DNA of 64,000 nt from a virus, in the IMG/VR virus record IMGVR_UViG_3300025151_000023, positions 1 through 64,000 of that record; one strand, written 5' to 3'. Under the pieces are notes generated by a model, which was given only the letters and a program-made list of their open reading frames with translations, was not told where the DNA came from and searched no databases. Position numbers and translations under genes: made by a program. Position 1 is the stretch's first letter; each line of letters opens with the position of its first letter. Positions 1-8,022 of the stretch are shown in pieces.

Positions 1-226
1 CTGCGAATGATACAAAGCCATCTTGATTGATGTCTATTCTATTGAACAGAGCCAGCATCAATTGAGCCCAATCACCCACTGATAATGGTATGTCCAATCG
101 ACTGTATGACTGTGCTATCATAGTGCCTAACTCTAATGTGTCTACAACGCCGTCTGAGTTGGTGTCAGTCAGATCAAATACTTGTTCTAAATGTTCTGCA
201 GATATATTAACAGTGGTGACCTTCAT
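1..226 (-). CDS. EF-hand (calmodulin-like) calcium-binding protein, partial (runs off window start; not in ORF track)
   Basis: Manual translation MKVTTVNISAEHLEQVFDLTDTNSDGVVDTLELGTMIAQ...LFNRIDINQDGFVSFA gives two canonical DxNxDG EF loops; TAAGTA lies 6 nt upstream of the ATG. Confidence 0.8.
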   Translation of the reverse strand, partial: MKVTTVNISAEHLEQVFDLTDTNSDGVVDTLELGTMIAQSYSRLDIPLSVGDWAQLMLALFNRIDINQDGFVSFA

Positions 227-285
227 ATAACATACTTAACGGACAACCCAAGGAAGACAATGTGACCAGAGAACTGCCAAGAAAG

Positions 286-299
286 CGTAGCGAAGCCGC
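286..299 (+). repeat. CGTAGCGAAGCCGC motif, inverted near-copy at 3107-3120
   Basis: 13/14 identity to the reverse complement of 3107-3120; ACAGTCGTGC (407-416) is also inverted at 3097-3106. Confidence 0.6.
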
Positions 300-435
300 C
301 GCGATTTTGCCGTACGGTTGATGCCTTCTGGCTCTCAGCTTATACACACAATGCACATCCTATTCTATGGTGTTATACAGTTGTTTCTTTTGGCCTTGTG
401 TCTTATACAGTCGTGCTGAGGGGTTAAGTATGTGT

Positions 436-504
436 ATGAAACAATTGACAGTGGGTGTGATAGTGATGATGATCATAGTGTTGATGATAGGATATGTGCT
501 ATGA
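436..504 (+). CDS. 22-aa hydrophobic peptide
   Basis: MKQLTVGVIVMMIIVLMIGYVL; TAAGTA-5nt-ATG; ATGA overlap with next ORF. Confidence 0.5.
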   Translation: MKQLTVGVIVMMIIVLMIGYVL

Positions 505-677
505 AGAAGCGACGTACTGTGCATGATCTAAACATGGGTTCAGTGATGCCCACATCAAGATATGATGAGTTCAAACGCATACGTAGATCAAGACTGAGAG
601 ACTACGTAGAGCTGTATATGGCTAGAGCAGTTTTGATCGTGTTCGTATTCACATTAATATATCATTTATTGACTTGA
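501..677 (+). CDS. small membrane protein (start revised from 432)
   Basis: MKKRRTVHDL..., C-terminal hydrophobic helix; coupled to the upstream peptide. Confidence 0.55.
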   Translation: MKKRRTVHDLNMGSVMPTSRYDEFKRIRRSRLRDYVELYMARAVLIVFVFTLIYHLLT

Positions 678-854
678 CTCTAAATTAAATGATTATTATT
701 GCGAATTGGCTTTGTAGGCTGTTATAGACTAGATTGTATTTGAACTATGTCTCCCTTACCAATTCAAAAAAAATTTAGAACCCTATTAGATCGCACCTGT
801 TTGTACCTTTTTCGCGGTGCCTTTACACCGTGTGTATGGTATTACCGTGGGGCT

Positions 855-882
855 ATTATACCACATCTTAACATGATGTCAA
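855..882 (-). promoter_or_regulatory. sigma70-type promoter
   Basis: TTGACA-16nt-TATAAT with TGn extended -10 on the minus strand. Confidence 0.55.
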
Positions 883-892
883 CCGTACAACT

Positions 893-912
893 GTAGGGCC
901 TTCGGCCCCTAC
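893..912. other. GC-rich hairpin
   Basis: GTAGGGCC-TTC-GGCCCCTAC with a one-base bulge. Confidence 0.45.
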
Positions 913-985
913 TACACAGTATATTGACAGATCTGATTGATCATATACTATACAAACATCAATCAAATACTTGGTTTTTTAATGG

Positions 986-1013
986 TTGACTGATTTGGTA
1001 ATGATGCTATTAT
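986..1013 (+). promoter_or_regulatory. sigma70-type early promoter of AAA ATPase
   Basis: TTGACT-16nt-TATTAT, preceded by a T-tract like the 23291 promoter. Confidence 0.55.
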
Positions 1014-1042
1014 GAACTAATAATAACAGATTGGAGAACACA

Positions 1043-2095
1043 TTGAAACAATACGTAGAAATCAAGAACGGTGTATATGGCAAGACTGCATTGAGTGGGG
1101 AGATATTTCCCCTGGTTTCGCCCATTGCTAGGTCACCCAAAGGACAATTATATGTCACTGTGGATGGCTCTAAGGTGGCAGTGCCTGGCATAGAACCCCG
1201 CAACTGCAGAGTGAAGATCACTTCACCCAAGGACATTCAGATTCGTTCTAAGGAGGCTTTCGAGACATTTGTGGCTGACTCAACTGAACTGTGTGTGGAT
1301 GATCAGGAACAGCCTCAGACTGAAGCTGAGAGATTGGCTCGCATACAGCAGAGGTTCGATATCCTGGATGACATGGCTGCGGCCTGCAAAGACGGCACTG
1401 TGCGTGCCCTCATCCTGTCAGGCCCTCCGGGCATTGGCAAATCCTATGGTGTGCTCAAACAGTTGGAGAAGCAATCCATGTTCGATAACATACAGGGCAC
1501 CAATGAGTGGGAAGTGGTCAAAGGTGCTACTTCGGCCATCGGCCTCTACAAGAAACTGTATCGCTACTCTGCGGCAGGTTCTGTGGTGGTGTTTGACGAT
1601 TGTGATACTGTGTTGTTTGATGATCTATCGCTGAACATACTGAAGGCGGCACTGGACTCAGGCCAGAAGCGTATCATACAGTGGAACACAGAATCTCGTG
1701 TGCTGGATCGCGAAGGCATCCCGGACAAGTTTGAGTTCAAAGGTTCTGTGATATTCATTACCAATGTGAAGTTTGATGGTGTCAAGTCTAAGAAACTGCA
1801 AGACCACCTGCAGGCGCTGATGAGCAGATGTCACTACATTGATCTAACCATTGATTCTGTGGCTGACAAGATGCTGAGAATCAAACAGGTGATCCGACTG
1901 GGCATGTTGAACTCATACAACTTTGAAGATACTCGCAAGATAGAGGATATGATCATTGATTATATGGACACAAACGGTGGTAGATTGAATGAGATCAGCC
2001 TCAGAATGGCTATCAAGTTAGCTGAACTAATCAAAATGAGAGGGGACACTTGGCAGGATGTGGCTGATGTAACCTGCTTGAAAAGGGGGATATAA
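1043..2095 (+). CDS. AAA+ P-loop ATPase (conserved large-phage type)
   Basis: Walker A GPPGIGKS, Walker B VVVFDD, sensor FITN, ALMSR; GGAG upstream of TTG at 1043. Confidence 0.85.
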   Translation: MKQYVEIKNGVYGKTALSGEIFPLVSPIARSPKGQLYVTVDGSKVAVPGIEPRNCRVKITSPKDIQIRSKEAFETFVADSTELCVDDQEQPQTEAERLARIQQRFDILDDMAAACKDGTVRALILSGPPGIGKSYGVLKQLEKQSMFDNIQGTNEWEVVKGATSAIGLYKKLYRYSAAGSVVVFDDCDTVLFDDLSLNILKAALDSGQKRIIQWNTESRVLDREGIPDKFEFKGSVIFITNVKFDGVKSKKLQDHLQALMSRCHYIDLTIDSVADKMLRIKQVIRLGMLNSYNFEDTRKIEDMIIDYMDTNGGRLNEISLRMAIKLAELIKMRGDTWQDVADVTCLKRGI

Positions 2096-2337
2096 TGCCG
2101 ATGAACAACAAGCTGAAGTCAATCATATACAATGTGAGGCCCCGAGACGAGGCCTCTATGGGTGTAATGGATCGTGGTGCTGTGATGAAGAGTCGCCAAT
2201 GTGAGTATGTGCTGGGTGGGTCTGATCAGGCTGACTGGTTCTACTGTGGTCACCCTACACATGAACGATCAGTGTACTGTACAGAGCATCATGCCCTGTG
2301 CTATACACGTCGTAGAAGGAGGGTCAGCCATGCTTAA
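2095..2337 (+). CDS. GcrA C-terminal-domain-like protein
   Basis: CEYVLG...WFYCG...SVYCTEHHALCY matches the GcrA C-terminal CRWPIG...FCG...PYCxEH pattern; no N-terminal HTH. Confidence 0.7.
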   Translation: MPMNNKLKSIIYNVRPRDEASMGVMDRGAVMKSRQCEYVLGGSDQADWFYCGHPTHERSVYCTEHHALCYTRRRRRVSHA

Positions 2338-2500
2338 ATCCACAGTGGATGCTGTTCTGAACTGGCTAGAAGACTGGCGCACACCTCTGCACAGCCCCAT
2401 ATGGTTGAACATTGTGGTGCACCAAGACCGAGGCGTGATTGGTTGGTGTGCCAGAGACAGACGCAGACCCGTTGAAGGCCGAGACACTTTCCGAAAATAA
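2330..2500 (+). CDS. hypothetical protein
   Basis: ATG at 2330 after GGAGG; overlaps the previous stop. Confidence 0.5.
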   Translation: MLKSTVDAVLNWLEDWRTPLHSPIWLNIVVHQDRGVIGWCARDRRRPVEGRDTFRK

Positions 2501-2644
2501 TTTCACCAAGGTCGGGGCTATACGCTTAATATGTAAAACAGCATTTTGAAAATCCGCTAGCCCCTAATTCACGATTTCAGCACAGGGTATAGGTAAGAAA
2601 TCACCACCCAGATTAGATTCTACAATCACAATTTTTTACGCGGG

Positions 2645-2791
2645 CTATTTTTTTTGGCTGTATATGCCTTTTATAAGTGTGTACGCAAGATACAGCATCA
2701 TAGGATACAGCACTGTGCTATAGATCACAATGTATATTTGATTGATCACACCCCAATCACCTCGCCATAAGCCTATGTAATTGTTTAACAT
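2645..2791 (-). CDS. small membrane protein
   Basis: MLNNYIGLWRGDW..., hydrophobic helix; last gene of a three-peptide minus-strand operon. Confidence 0.5.
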   Translation of the reverse strand: MLNNYIGLWRGDWGVINQIYIVIYSTVLYPMMLYLAYTLIKGIYSQKK

Positions 2792-2796
2792 GTGTT

Positions 2797-2931
2797 CTAA
2801 CATGCTGGACACGATCTCACTTGAAACTGCCAAAACTGCTTCAGTGTTTGCCCTACAAACAGATGATCGCCATCAATCCATTGTCCCACAGCATATGTGA
2901 TCACAGGAGCCACGATCAGAGCCAACACCAT
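2797..2931 (-). CDS. 44-aa membrane peptide with C-terminal CxxC
   Basis: Manual translation MVLALIVAPVITYAVGQWIDGDHLFVGQTLKQFWQFQVRSCPAC. Confidence 0.45.
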   Translation of the reverse strand: MVLALIVAPVITYAVGQWIDGDHLFVGQTLKQFWQFQVRSCPAC

Positions 2932-2938
2932 CAACACT

Positions 2939-3016
2939 CTAGATCGCAAGGTTCACACACGTCAACAGCACCACCACACCCAGTAACCATAACAATAAAA
3001 ATCTGTTGTCTTTCAT
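2939..3016 (-). CDS. 25-aa hydrophobic peptide
   Basis: MKDNRFLLLWLLGVVVLLTCVNLAI; ATG 6 nt after a perfect TATAAT. Confidence 0.5.
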   Translation of the reverse strand: MKDNRFLLLWLLGVVVLLTCVNLAI

Positions 3017-3022
3017 GTGTGT

Positions 3023-3051
3023 ATTATAGCAGTTGTAGACCAATCTGTCAA
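3023..3051 (-). promoter_or_regulatory. consensus sigma70 promoter
   Basis: TTGACA-17nt-TATAAT exact. Confidence 0.8.
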
Positions 3052-3168
3052 TTCGGCACGACTCTGTGCAAACCCAAGAGGCCACACAAAAAATCTGCAC
3101 GACTGTGCGGCATCGCTACGGCTCACCTCGCCTGGCTGTTGTCTGCAAAAAACCAGCTACATACACAT

Positions 3169-4029
3169 ATGCATATCACACACTTTGGTTGCTCGTTTGC
3201 TGTGGGCAATGGCATCCAAACACCTGTGCCTGGTATGACTGTGGATGAAGCCATACGTCAATCACGTGAAAACACAGCACACATAGAACGCAAGTGGGGC
3301 ATCACTGTGCAACGACCCTACACCTGTGGTCAAGTGATTGCTGAACAACTGGGGTGGACACACTCACGCTGTGCTGAAAATGGTGTATCCAACGAATGGT
3401 TATCACGCAACTTGGTGCAGTATCCACTGCAATCAGACTCATTTGTGCTGATTGGCATCACATCAGGCAATCGCAGAGAAGCACTGACCACTGCACAACA
3501 CATATACACTCGCCCCCACAATGCACCAGAATGGCAATCACTGGTGGCCATCAATCCATGGTCTCAAGGCAAAAACCAAGAACTGAGGGAATGTTGGCAC
3601 ACATGGAAAATGATTCACCACAGTGAACGCAGACAGTACAAAGATCAACGCTTTGACCCATGGCAGAGCGAAACCAAAGGTACCCGCAAGTTTGAAGTGT
3701 CAATAGAACGAGACTCACAGTGTCGTGTGGTGCTACAGATATTGTTCATGCAATCGTGGCTCAAAGCCAATCACACACCATATCTCATGTTCAATGCACT
3801 CAACAATGGCTTTGATCAACCATTGACCAGAGAATGTCAAGTATTACTGCAATCAGTTGACCAACGTCATTACTTTGATCTAGCACAAACTCATGGTGCA
3901 CAGATTGATTGGACCAGACGCAAAGGGCTGAATGTGTCAGAACTGGATGCTCACCCATGCGTACGAGGCCAACGCATATGGGGCAATCTGCTGTTGGATC
4001 ATGTGAAATCACACAAACTCGCTCATTGA
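3169..4029 (+). CDS. SGNH/GDSL-like hydrolase or acyltransferase (start revised to 3169)
   Basis: N-terminal HFGCSF, G-x-SN block, C-terminal DAHP; TACATA-5nt-ATG. Confidence 0.7.
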   Translation: MHITHFGCSFAVGNGIQTPVPGMTVDEAIRQSRENTAHIERKWGITVQRPYTCGQVIAEQLGWTHSRCAENGVSNEWLSRNLVQYPLQSDSFVLIGITSGNRREALTTAQHIYTRPHNAPEWQSLVAINPWSQGKNQELRECWHTWKMIHHSERRQYKDQRFDPWQSETKGTRKFEVSIERDSQCRVVLQILFMQSWLKANHTPYLMFNALNNGFDQPLTRECQVLLQSVDQRHYFDLAQTHGAQIDWTRRKGLNVSELDAHPCVRGQRIWGNLLLDHVKSHKLAH

Positions 4030-4054
4030 CAAGCACACTCATTTTCGCTATAAT
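4026..4054 (+). promoter_or_regulatory. consensus sigma70 promoter
   Basis: TTGACA-17nt-TATAAT exact; ATG 9 nt downstream. Confidence 0.8.
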
Positions 4055-4063
4055 TACTGTACG

Positions 4064-4270
4064 ATGCCTTTCACTGCATACAGACGAGCTGAACGACAAG
4101 CATATTCAGGATCACTGCCCTACAAAGTAGAATCAAAAGGATGGGTGCTGGATTGCATGTATTCTGATCATATGCCAGGTGGTAAACGACGTGAACGTGA
4201 GTATGCCAAAACCTTAGAACAAGCAGGATATCGAATTGAGTGGGCTACCAAAGATGATTCTAAAGCCTAA
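4064..4270 (+). CDS. hypothetical protein
   Basis: ORF directly behind a consensus promoter. Confidence 0.6.
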   Translation: MPFTAYRRAERQAYSGSLPYKVESKGWVLDCMYSDHMPGGKRREREYAKTLEQAGYRIEWATKDDSKA

Positions 4271-4739
4271 CGATTGTAATCGCATACGTGCATGGTGTGA
4301 AAAACACTTTAATGAACACAGAAGCCCTGCACCGCCCCCGGGTCAAACACTGTACACTAAAGAAAATTCACACACGTTGATATGGGAATCACCCGAACTG
4401 GACGCACTGTGGCCCACACACTGTCAACAGGACATGCAACCAGGCACACATCGAGTACAGGTCATACTGATGCCACCTGCTACATTCATGCCACCACATG
4501 TGGATGGCTATGGTGCATATCGCACACACCATGGCATTGCACCCACAGTGCCTGTGCATAGAATATGGTGTTCACTCACAGAGCCAGATCTAGGTCATGT
4601 GTTGGTGTATGATCATCATGTGTATCACAACATGCCACAAGGCCAATGTGTGAGGTTACCTCAGGGTGCAGAACATGTGGGCATCAACGCTGGATGGAAC
4701 AACCGCTGGATTGCAGTGTGTGATGGACAAACTCAATGA
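4236..4739 (+). CDS. 2OG-Fe(II) oxygenase/cupin-like protein
   Basis: PPHVD...EHVGIN...R facial-triad pattern. Confidence 0.65.
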   Translation: MSGLPKMILKPNDCNRIRAWCEKHFNEHRSPAPPPGQTLYTKENSHTLIWESPELDALWPTHCQQDMQPGTHRVQVILMPPATFMPPHVDGYGAYRTHHGIAPTVPVHRIWCSLTEPDLGHVLVYDHHVYHNMPQGQCVRLPQGAEHVGINAGWNNRWIAVCDGQTQ

Positions 4740-4975
4740 CTCGTACAGTGAGCACAGACACATTTTACTGTGAAGGACCTGCAGACTCTCAACATCCCAG
4801 AGTGTACTACACCATGCCACCTGAAGGCCAAATACGTTGTGGCTATTGCAACGAACTGTTTGTGAATGCTGATTTTCACACAGTGATGCAACAGGAACAG
4901 GCAGTGTTGGACTTGTCCACACAAGAATCTCGACGTCAGCGTCAAGAAAGAATCAAAAAGCATCAGTCTGAATAA
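4736..4975 (+). CDS. zf-CHCC zinc-finger protein (NDUFS6-like)
   Basis: CEG...HPRVY...CGYC motif. Confidence 0.8.
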   Translation: MTRTVSTDTFYCEGPADSQHPRVYYTMPPEGQIRCGYCNELFVNADFHTVMQQEQAVLDLSTQESRRQRQERIKKHQSE

Positions 4976-5038
4976 CTACTTGTGTGTATAATTCTTTACA
5001 CCAAAATCAAAAACAACGGATGAACGAGGAGCAATGTT

Positions 5039-6100
5039 ATGAAAAACATTATCGCTATGATAGTGACTGCAATAACTGTGCTGGGCTCAAGTAGTGTTGC
5101 ATTTGCTGATCAGCCAAAAATTGGCTTTATATACATTGGCCCGCCGGGAGATCACGGCTGGACCTACATGCACGACCAAGGTCGACAAGATATCGAAATT
5201 GAGTTGGGCTATGAAACAACGTATATTGAGAACGTACCAGAAAATGCTGACGCTGTTAGAGCCATCAGGAAACTAGCACAGACAGGTCACGACTTAATTT
5301 TTACAACGTCTTTTAACTACATGGATCAAACTTTGGAAGTAGCCAAAGAATTTCCTGATGTTAAATTTGAACACGCTACAGGATACATGAGAGCAGACAA
5401 CGTATCCACATATTCTTCAAGGTTTTATGAAGGTAGAACCATTGCAGGACACATTGCTGGAAGAGAAAGCAAAACTGGTGTGATAGGTTATATCGCATCT
5501 TTTCCAATTCCAGAAGTGGTGAGAGGCATCAATGCATTCATGTTGGCGGCACAAAAAGTAAATCCAGATATCAAAGTAAAAATTATTTGGGCATTTACTT
5601 GGTATGATCCAGGCAAAGAAGCAGATGCGGCTCAAACACTGATCAATCAAGGAGCAGACATTATTGTACAACACACTGACACATATGCACCTTGTCAAGT
5701 TGCACAGAAGAATGGTGTAAAAGCATTTGGACAAGCAAGTAACCAATATGACTTTTGTCCTGATGCACATCTAACTGCAATTATTGATGAATGGGGACCT
5801 TACTATGTGGCAAGAGCCAAAGCGTTGGCAGATGGCACATGGGAATCAACTGACACTTGGAAAGGCTTAGCAAGTGGCATGGTTGAAATGGCGCCATATC
5901 GCAACATGCACCCAGACACCAAATTTGAAGCCATTGCTTTACAAAAAGCATTGACCAAAGGTGATGTCCATTCTTTTGAAGGACCTATATACAACCAAGC
6001 AGGCGAACTAATGGTACCAGAAGGCGAAGTTGCTGATGATGGTATGTTGGCAGGCATGAATTGGTATGTCAAAGGCATAGACGGACAATTACCGCAGTAA
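5039..6100 (+). CDS. BMP family ABC transporter substrate-binding protein (purine nucleoside type)
   Basis: Signal peptide; GFIYIGPPGDHGWT, FEHATGY, IPEVVRGINAF, WYDPGKE; strong SD GAGGAG. Confidence 0.92.
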   Translation: MKNIIAMIVTAITVLGSSSVAFADQPKIGFIYIGPPGDHGWTYMHDQGRQDIEIELGYETTYIENVPENADAVRAIRKLAQTGHDLIFTTSFNYMDQTLEVAKEFPDVKFEHATGYMRADNVSTYSSRFYEGRTIAGHIAGRESKTGVIGYIASFPIPEVVRGINAFMLAAQKVNPDIKVKIIWAFTWYDPGKEADAAQTLINQGADIIVQHTDTYAPCQVAQKNGVKAFGQASNQYDFCPDAHLTAIIDEWGPYYVARAKALADGTWESTDTWKGLASGMVEMAPYRNMHPDTKFEAIALQKALTKGDVHSFEGPIYNQAGELMVPEGEVADDGMLAGMNWYVKGIDGQLPQ

Positions 6101-6107
6101 ATTATTT

Positions 6108-6135
6108 GTAGAGCCGGATTTTATTCCGGCTTTAC
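6108..6135. terminator. bidirectional hairpin terminator between convergent genes
   Basis: GTAGAGCCGGA-TTTTAT-TCCGGCTTTAC. Confidence 0.65.
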
Positions 6136-6858
6136 TTTGTTAAAATATCTGTAAGTTTTTTCAACATCATCTGAGTAATCAATCATTAATGGAGACATTT
6201 GTTCTAATCCATTGATTACCCAATTGGCTACCATGTCACATTTTTGCTGGGTATCTAAATGGTTGCTCTCCTTAACAGGTGACCCTGTGGTATCACCAGC
6301 CATCACTGACATAAGTGTAGGACGAATTTCAACTCCATGGCCAAAAGAAAAAAGATAAGAAGTATTACTAGGTGAAAAGTCGTTTACATTTTGCCCTTCA
6401 ACAGCTGAGTTGGCCATACTCCAAAGATGCACTGTTGGTATATCTTTTGGTAGTTGTTGCACAAACTTTTTTATACTTGCTTCGTACTCGTAGTTTTCTT
6501 TACGATAATCAATCAAATTATCGTAATAAGATTTGGCCGACTTCCATATTTTAGAATTTTTAGATTTTGGAGGAGGATTATATACTGAGGCAAAATTTAA
6601 ATTACTAACATGACGATTGTACAATCGACCAGGCTGTGTCCAACAAAATACAGCATAATCAACATTGCCGTTATGGGTTTTCCACGAATTAGCAGGATAT
6701 TGATCAAGAATTACAGACCAGTGACTGCTCCCTAATATTCCCTTGTTTATTATGGTGGCATTAAAATATTTTGCAACTGTGTGTGGCCATGAGCCTTTAT
6801 CTACATGATAACAAAAGCTATCGCCATAAAATCCAATTGTTTTTTTATGAGATGCCAT
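6121..6858 (-). CDS. SGNH/GDSL-like protein
   Basis: FYGDSF, GILGSS, CWTQPGR, C-terminal NH. Confidence 0.65.
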   Translation of the reverse strand: MASHKKTIGFYGDSFCYHVDKGSWPHTVAKYFNATIINKGILGSSHWSVILDQYPANSWKTHNGNVDYAVFCWTQPGRLYNRHVSNLNFASVYNPPPKSKNSKIWKSAKSYYDNLIDYRKENYEYEASIKKFVQQLPKDIPTVHLWSMANSAVEGQNVNDFSPSNTSYLFSFGHGVEIRPTLMSVMAGDTTGSPVKESNHLDTQQKCDMVANWVINGLEQMSPLMIDYSDDVEKTYRYFNKVKPE

Positions 6859-8014
6859 AGTGTATTACAGTGTAATTTTCGCTTTGATATTTGCGATACA
6901 GGTCTACTATAATAGCACGGTCATTGAAATAAAAGTTAGTGTAATCTATATCATGAGCCAACAGATACACATAGTCTTGTGTAGGTGATGGCGCACGATC
7001 ATAATGCACTGTTTGCCCCATTTCTTTACAATAGTAGCCTATCAACATAGAAGCAGACCCATCGGTAAGATCAGTATTTGGTTTGAATGATTTGCCCATG
7101 ATAACTATTTCTCTATTGTGTTTGCATAATTCTTTCGCAATATTTTTTGCTTGAATCTCGCGAGCTTCCATAATTGCTTTGAATAAATCATAACCTAGAT
7201 CTAATCGATCAGCTAACCACGATAAAGCAATGTTATCTCGAGGATGGCAAGGGCCACCATCTCCATTGCCTGGCTCCATATACTTTTGTGAAACTATCCT
7301 ATCAGCATGTCTTAACGAGTTTGCTATCACAGTTGGATTCGCATTGCCAATCTTTTGTGTAACATCTTGTATCATGTTAGCAAGGCCAACTTTTGCAGAT
7401 ATGTAAGTGTTATGAAATATTTTTATACACTCGGCTTCTTCGTATGTGCCACAAGTAATGTGAGGTTTGCTTTTCCATATTGGTTTATAAAATTCAAGCA
7501 ATTTTTTAGCACCAGTGTGAGAGTCTAACCAACCCTTACCATGTTGCCATTTGTGAAAACCCATAACCATAATGTCTGGATTCAAAAAGTCCAAACCAAC
7601 AGTTCCCATTGCTATCAAATATGGATTATAACAAAAGTTATTGTGTAAACCAAGTTTTGTTATCATTGGTCTAATAGTAGTTGGTAATACTGTTGAAATG
7701 TTTACAATTAGGGTATTTGGAGACATCCATTCTTTACAGTCTTTCAATACCTTCTGTAATGCACTGTAATCAAAGTCTTTAGATGGTAATTGAGTGGTTG
7801 GTTCTTCACCGCCGTATGCCGGATCGTGTGGAGTCGGCACAGCTATGAAAATTATGTCTTTATCAGCAAACGCACTGTACTTAGATTCAACAACATGTAC
7901 ACCAGGAATCTTTATGTTAAACTTTACATCATATCCTGTAACATCATGGTGCTTTGCCATTTCTTCAGCTACTGGACCACCTAGCTTACCAAGGCCTATC
8001 ATCGATATCTTCAT
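6845..8014 (-). CDS. ugd: UDP-glucose/GDP-mannose 6-dehydrogenase
   Basis: GLGKLG Rossmann motif, IAVPTP, STVLP, YNP, K..HN, GGPCHPRD, SFKPNT. Confidence 0.9.
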   Translation of the reverse strand: MKISMIGLGKLGGPVAEEMAKHHDVTGYDVKFNIKIPGVHVVESKYSAFADKDIIFIAVPTPHDPAYGGEEPTTQLPSKDFDYSALQKVLKDCKEWMSPNTLIVNISTVLPTTIRPMITKLGLHNNFCYNPYLIAMGTVGLDFLNPDIMVMGFHKWQHGKGWLDSHTGAKKLLEFYKPIWKSKPHITCGTYEEAECIKIFHNTYISAKVGLANMIQDVTQKIGNANPTVIANSLRHADRIVSQKYMEPGNGDGGPCHPRDNIALSWLADRLDLGYDLFKAIMEAREIQAKNIAKELCKHNREIVIMGKSFKPNTDLTDGSASMLIGYYCKEMGQTVHYDRAPSPTQDYVYLLAHDIDYTNFYFNDRAIIVDLYRKYQSENYTVIHYGIS

Positions 8015-8022
8015 ATAATAAT

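Noticed and set aside
2821-3168. N-terminal 116 aa of the 402-aa ORF
   Set aside because: It overlaps a minus-strand promoter and peptides; the SGNH motif and promoter point to ATG 3169.
5039-8014. Host chromosomal contamination (BMP, ugd, also kdsA, rpsU, fdxA)
   Set aside because: These genes are interleaved, and often translationally coupled, with phage genes and lack their normal bacterial operon partners.
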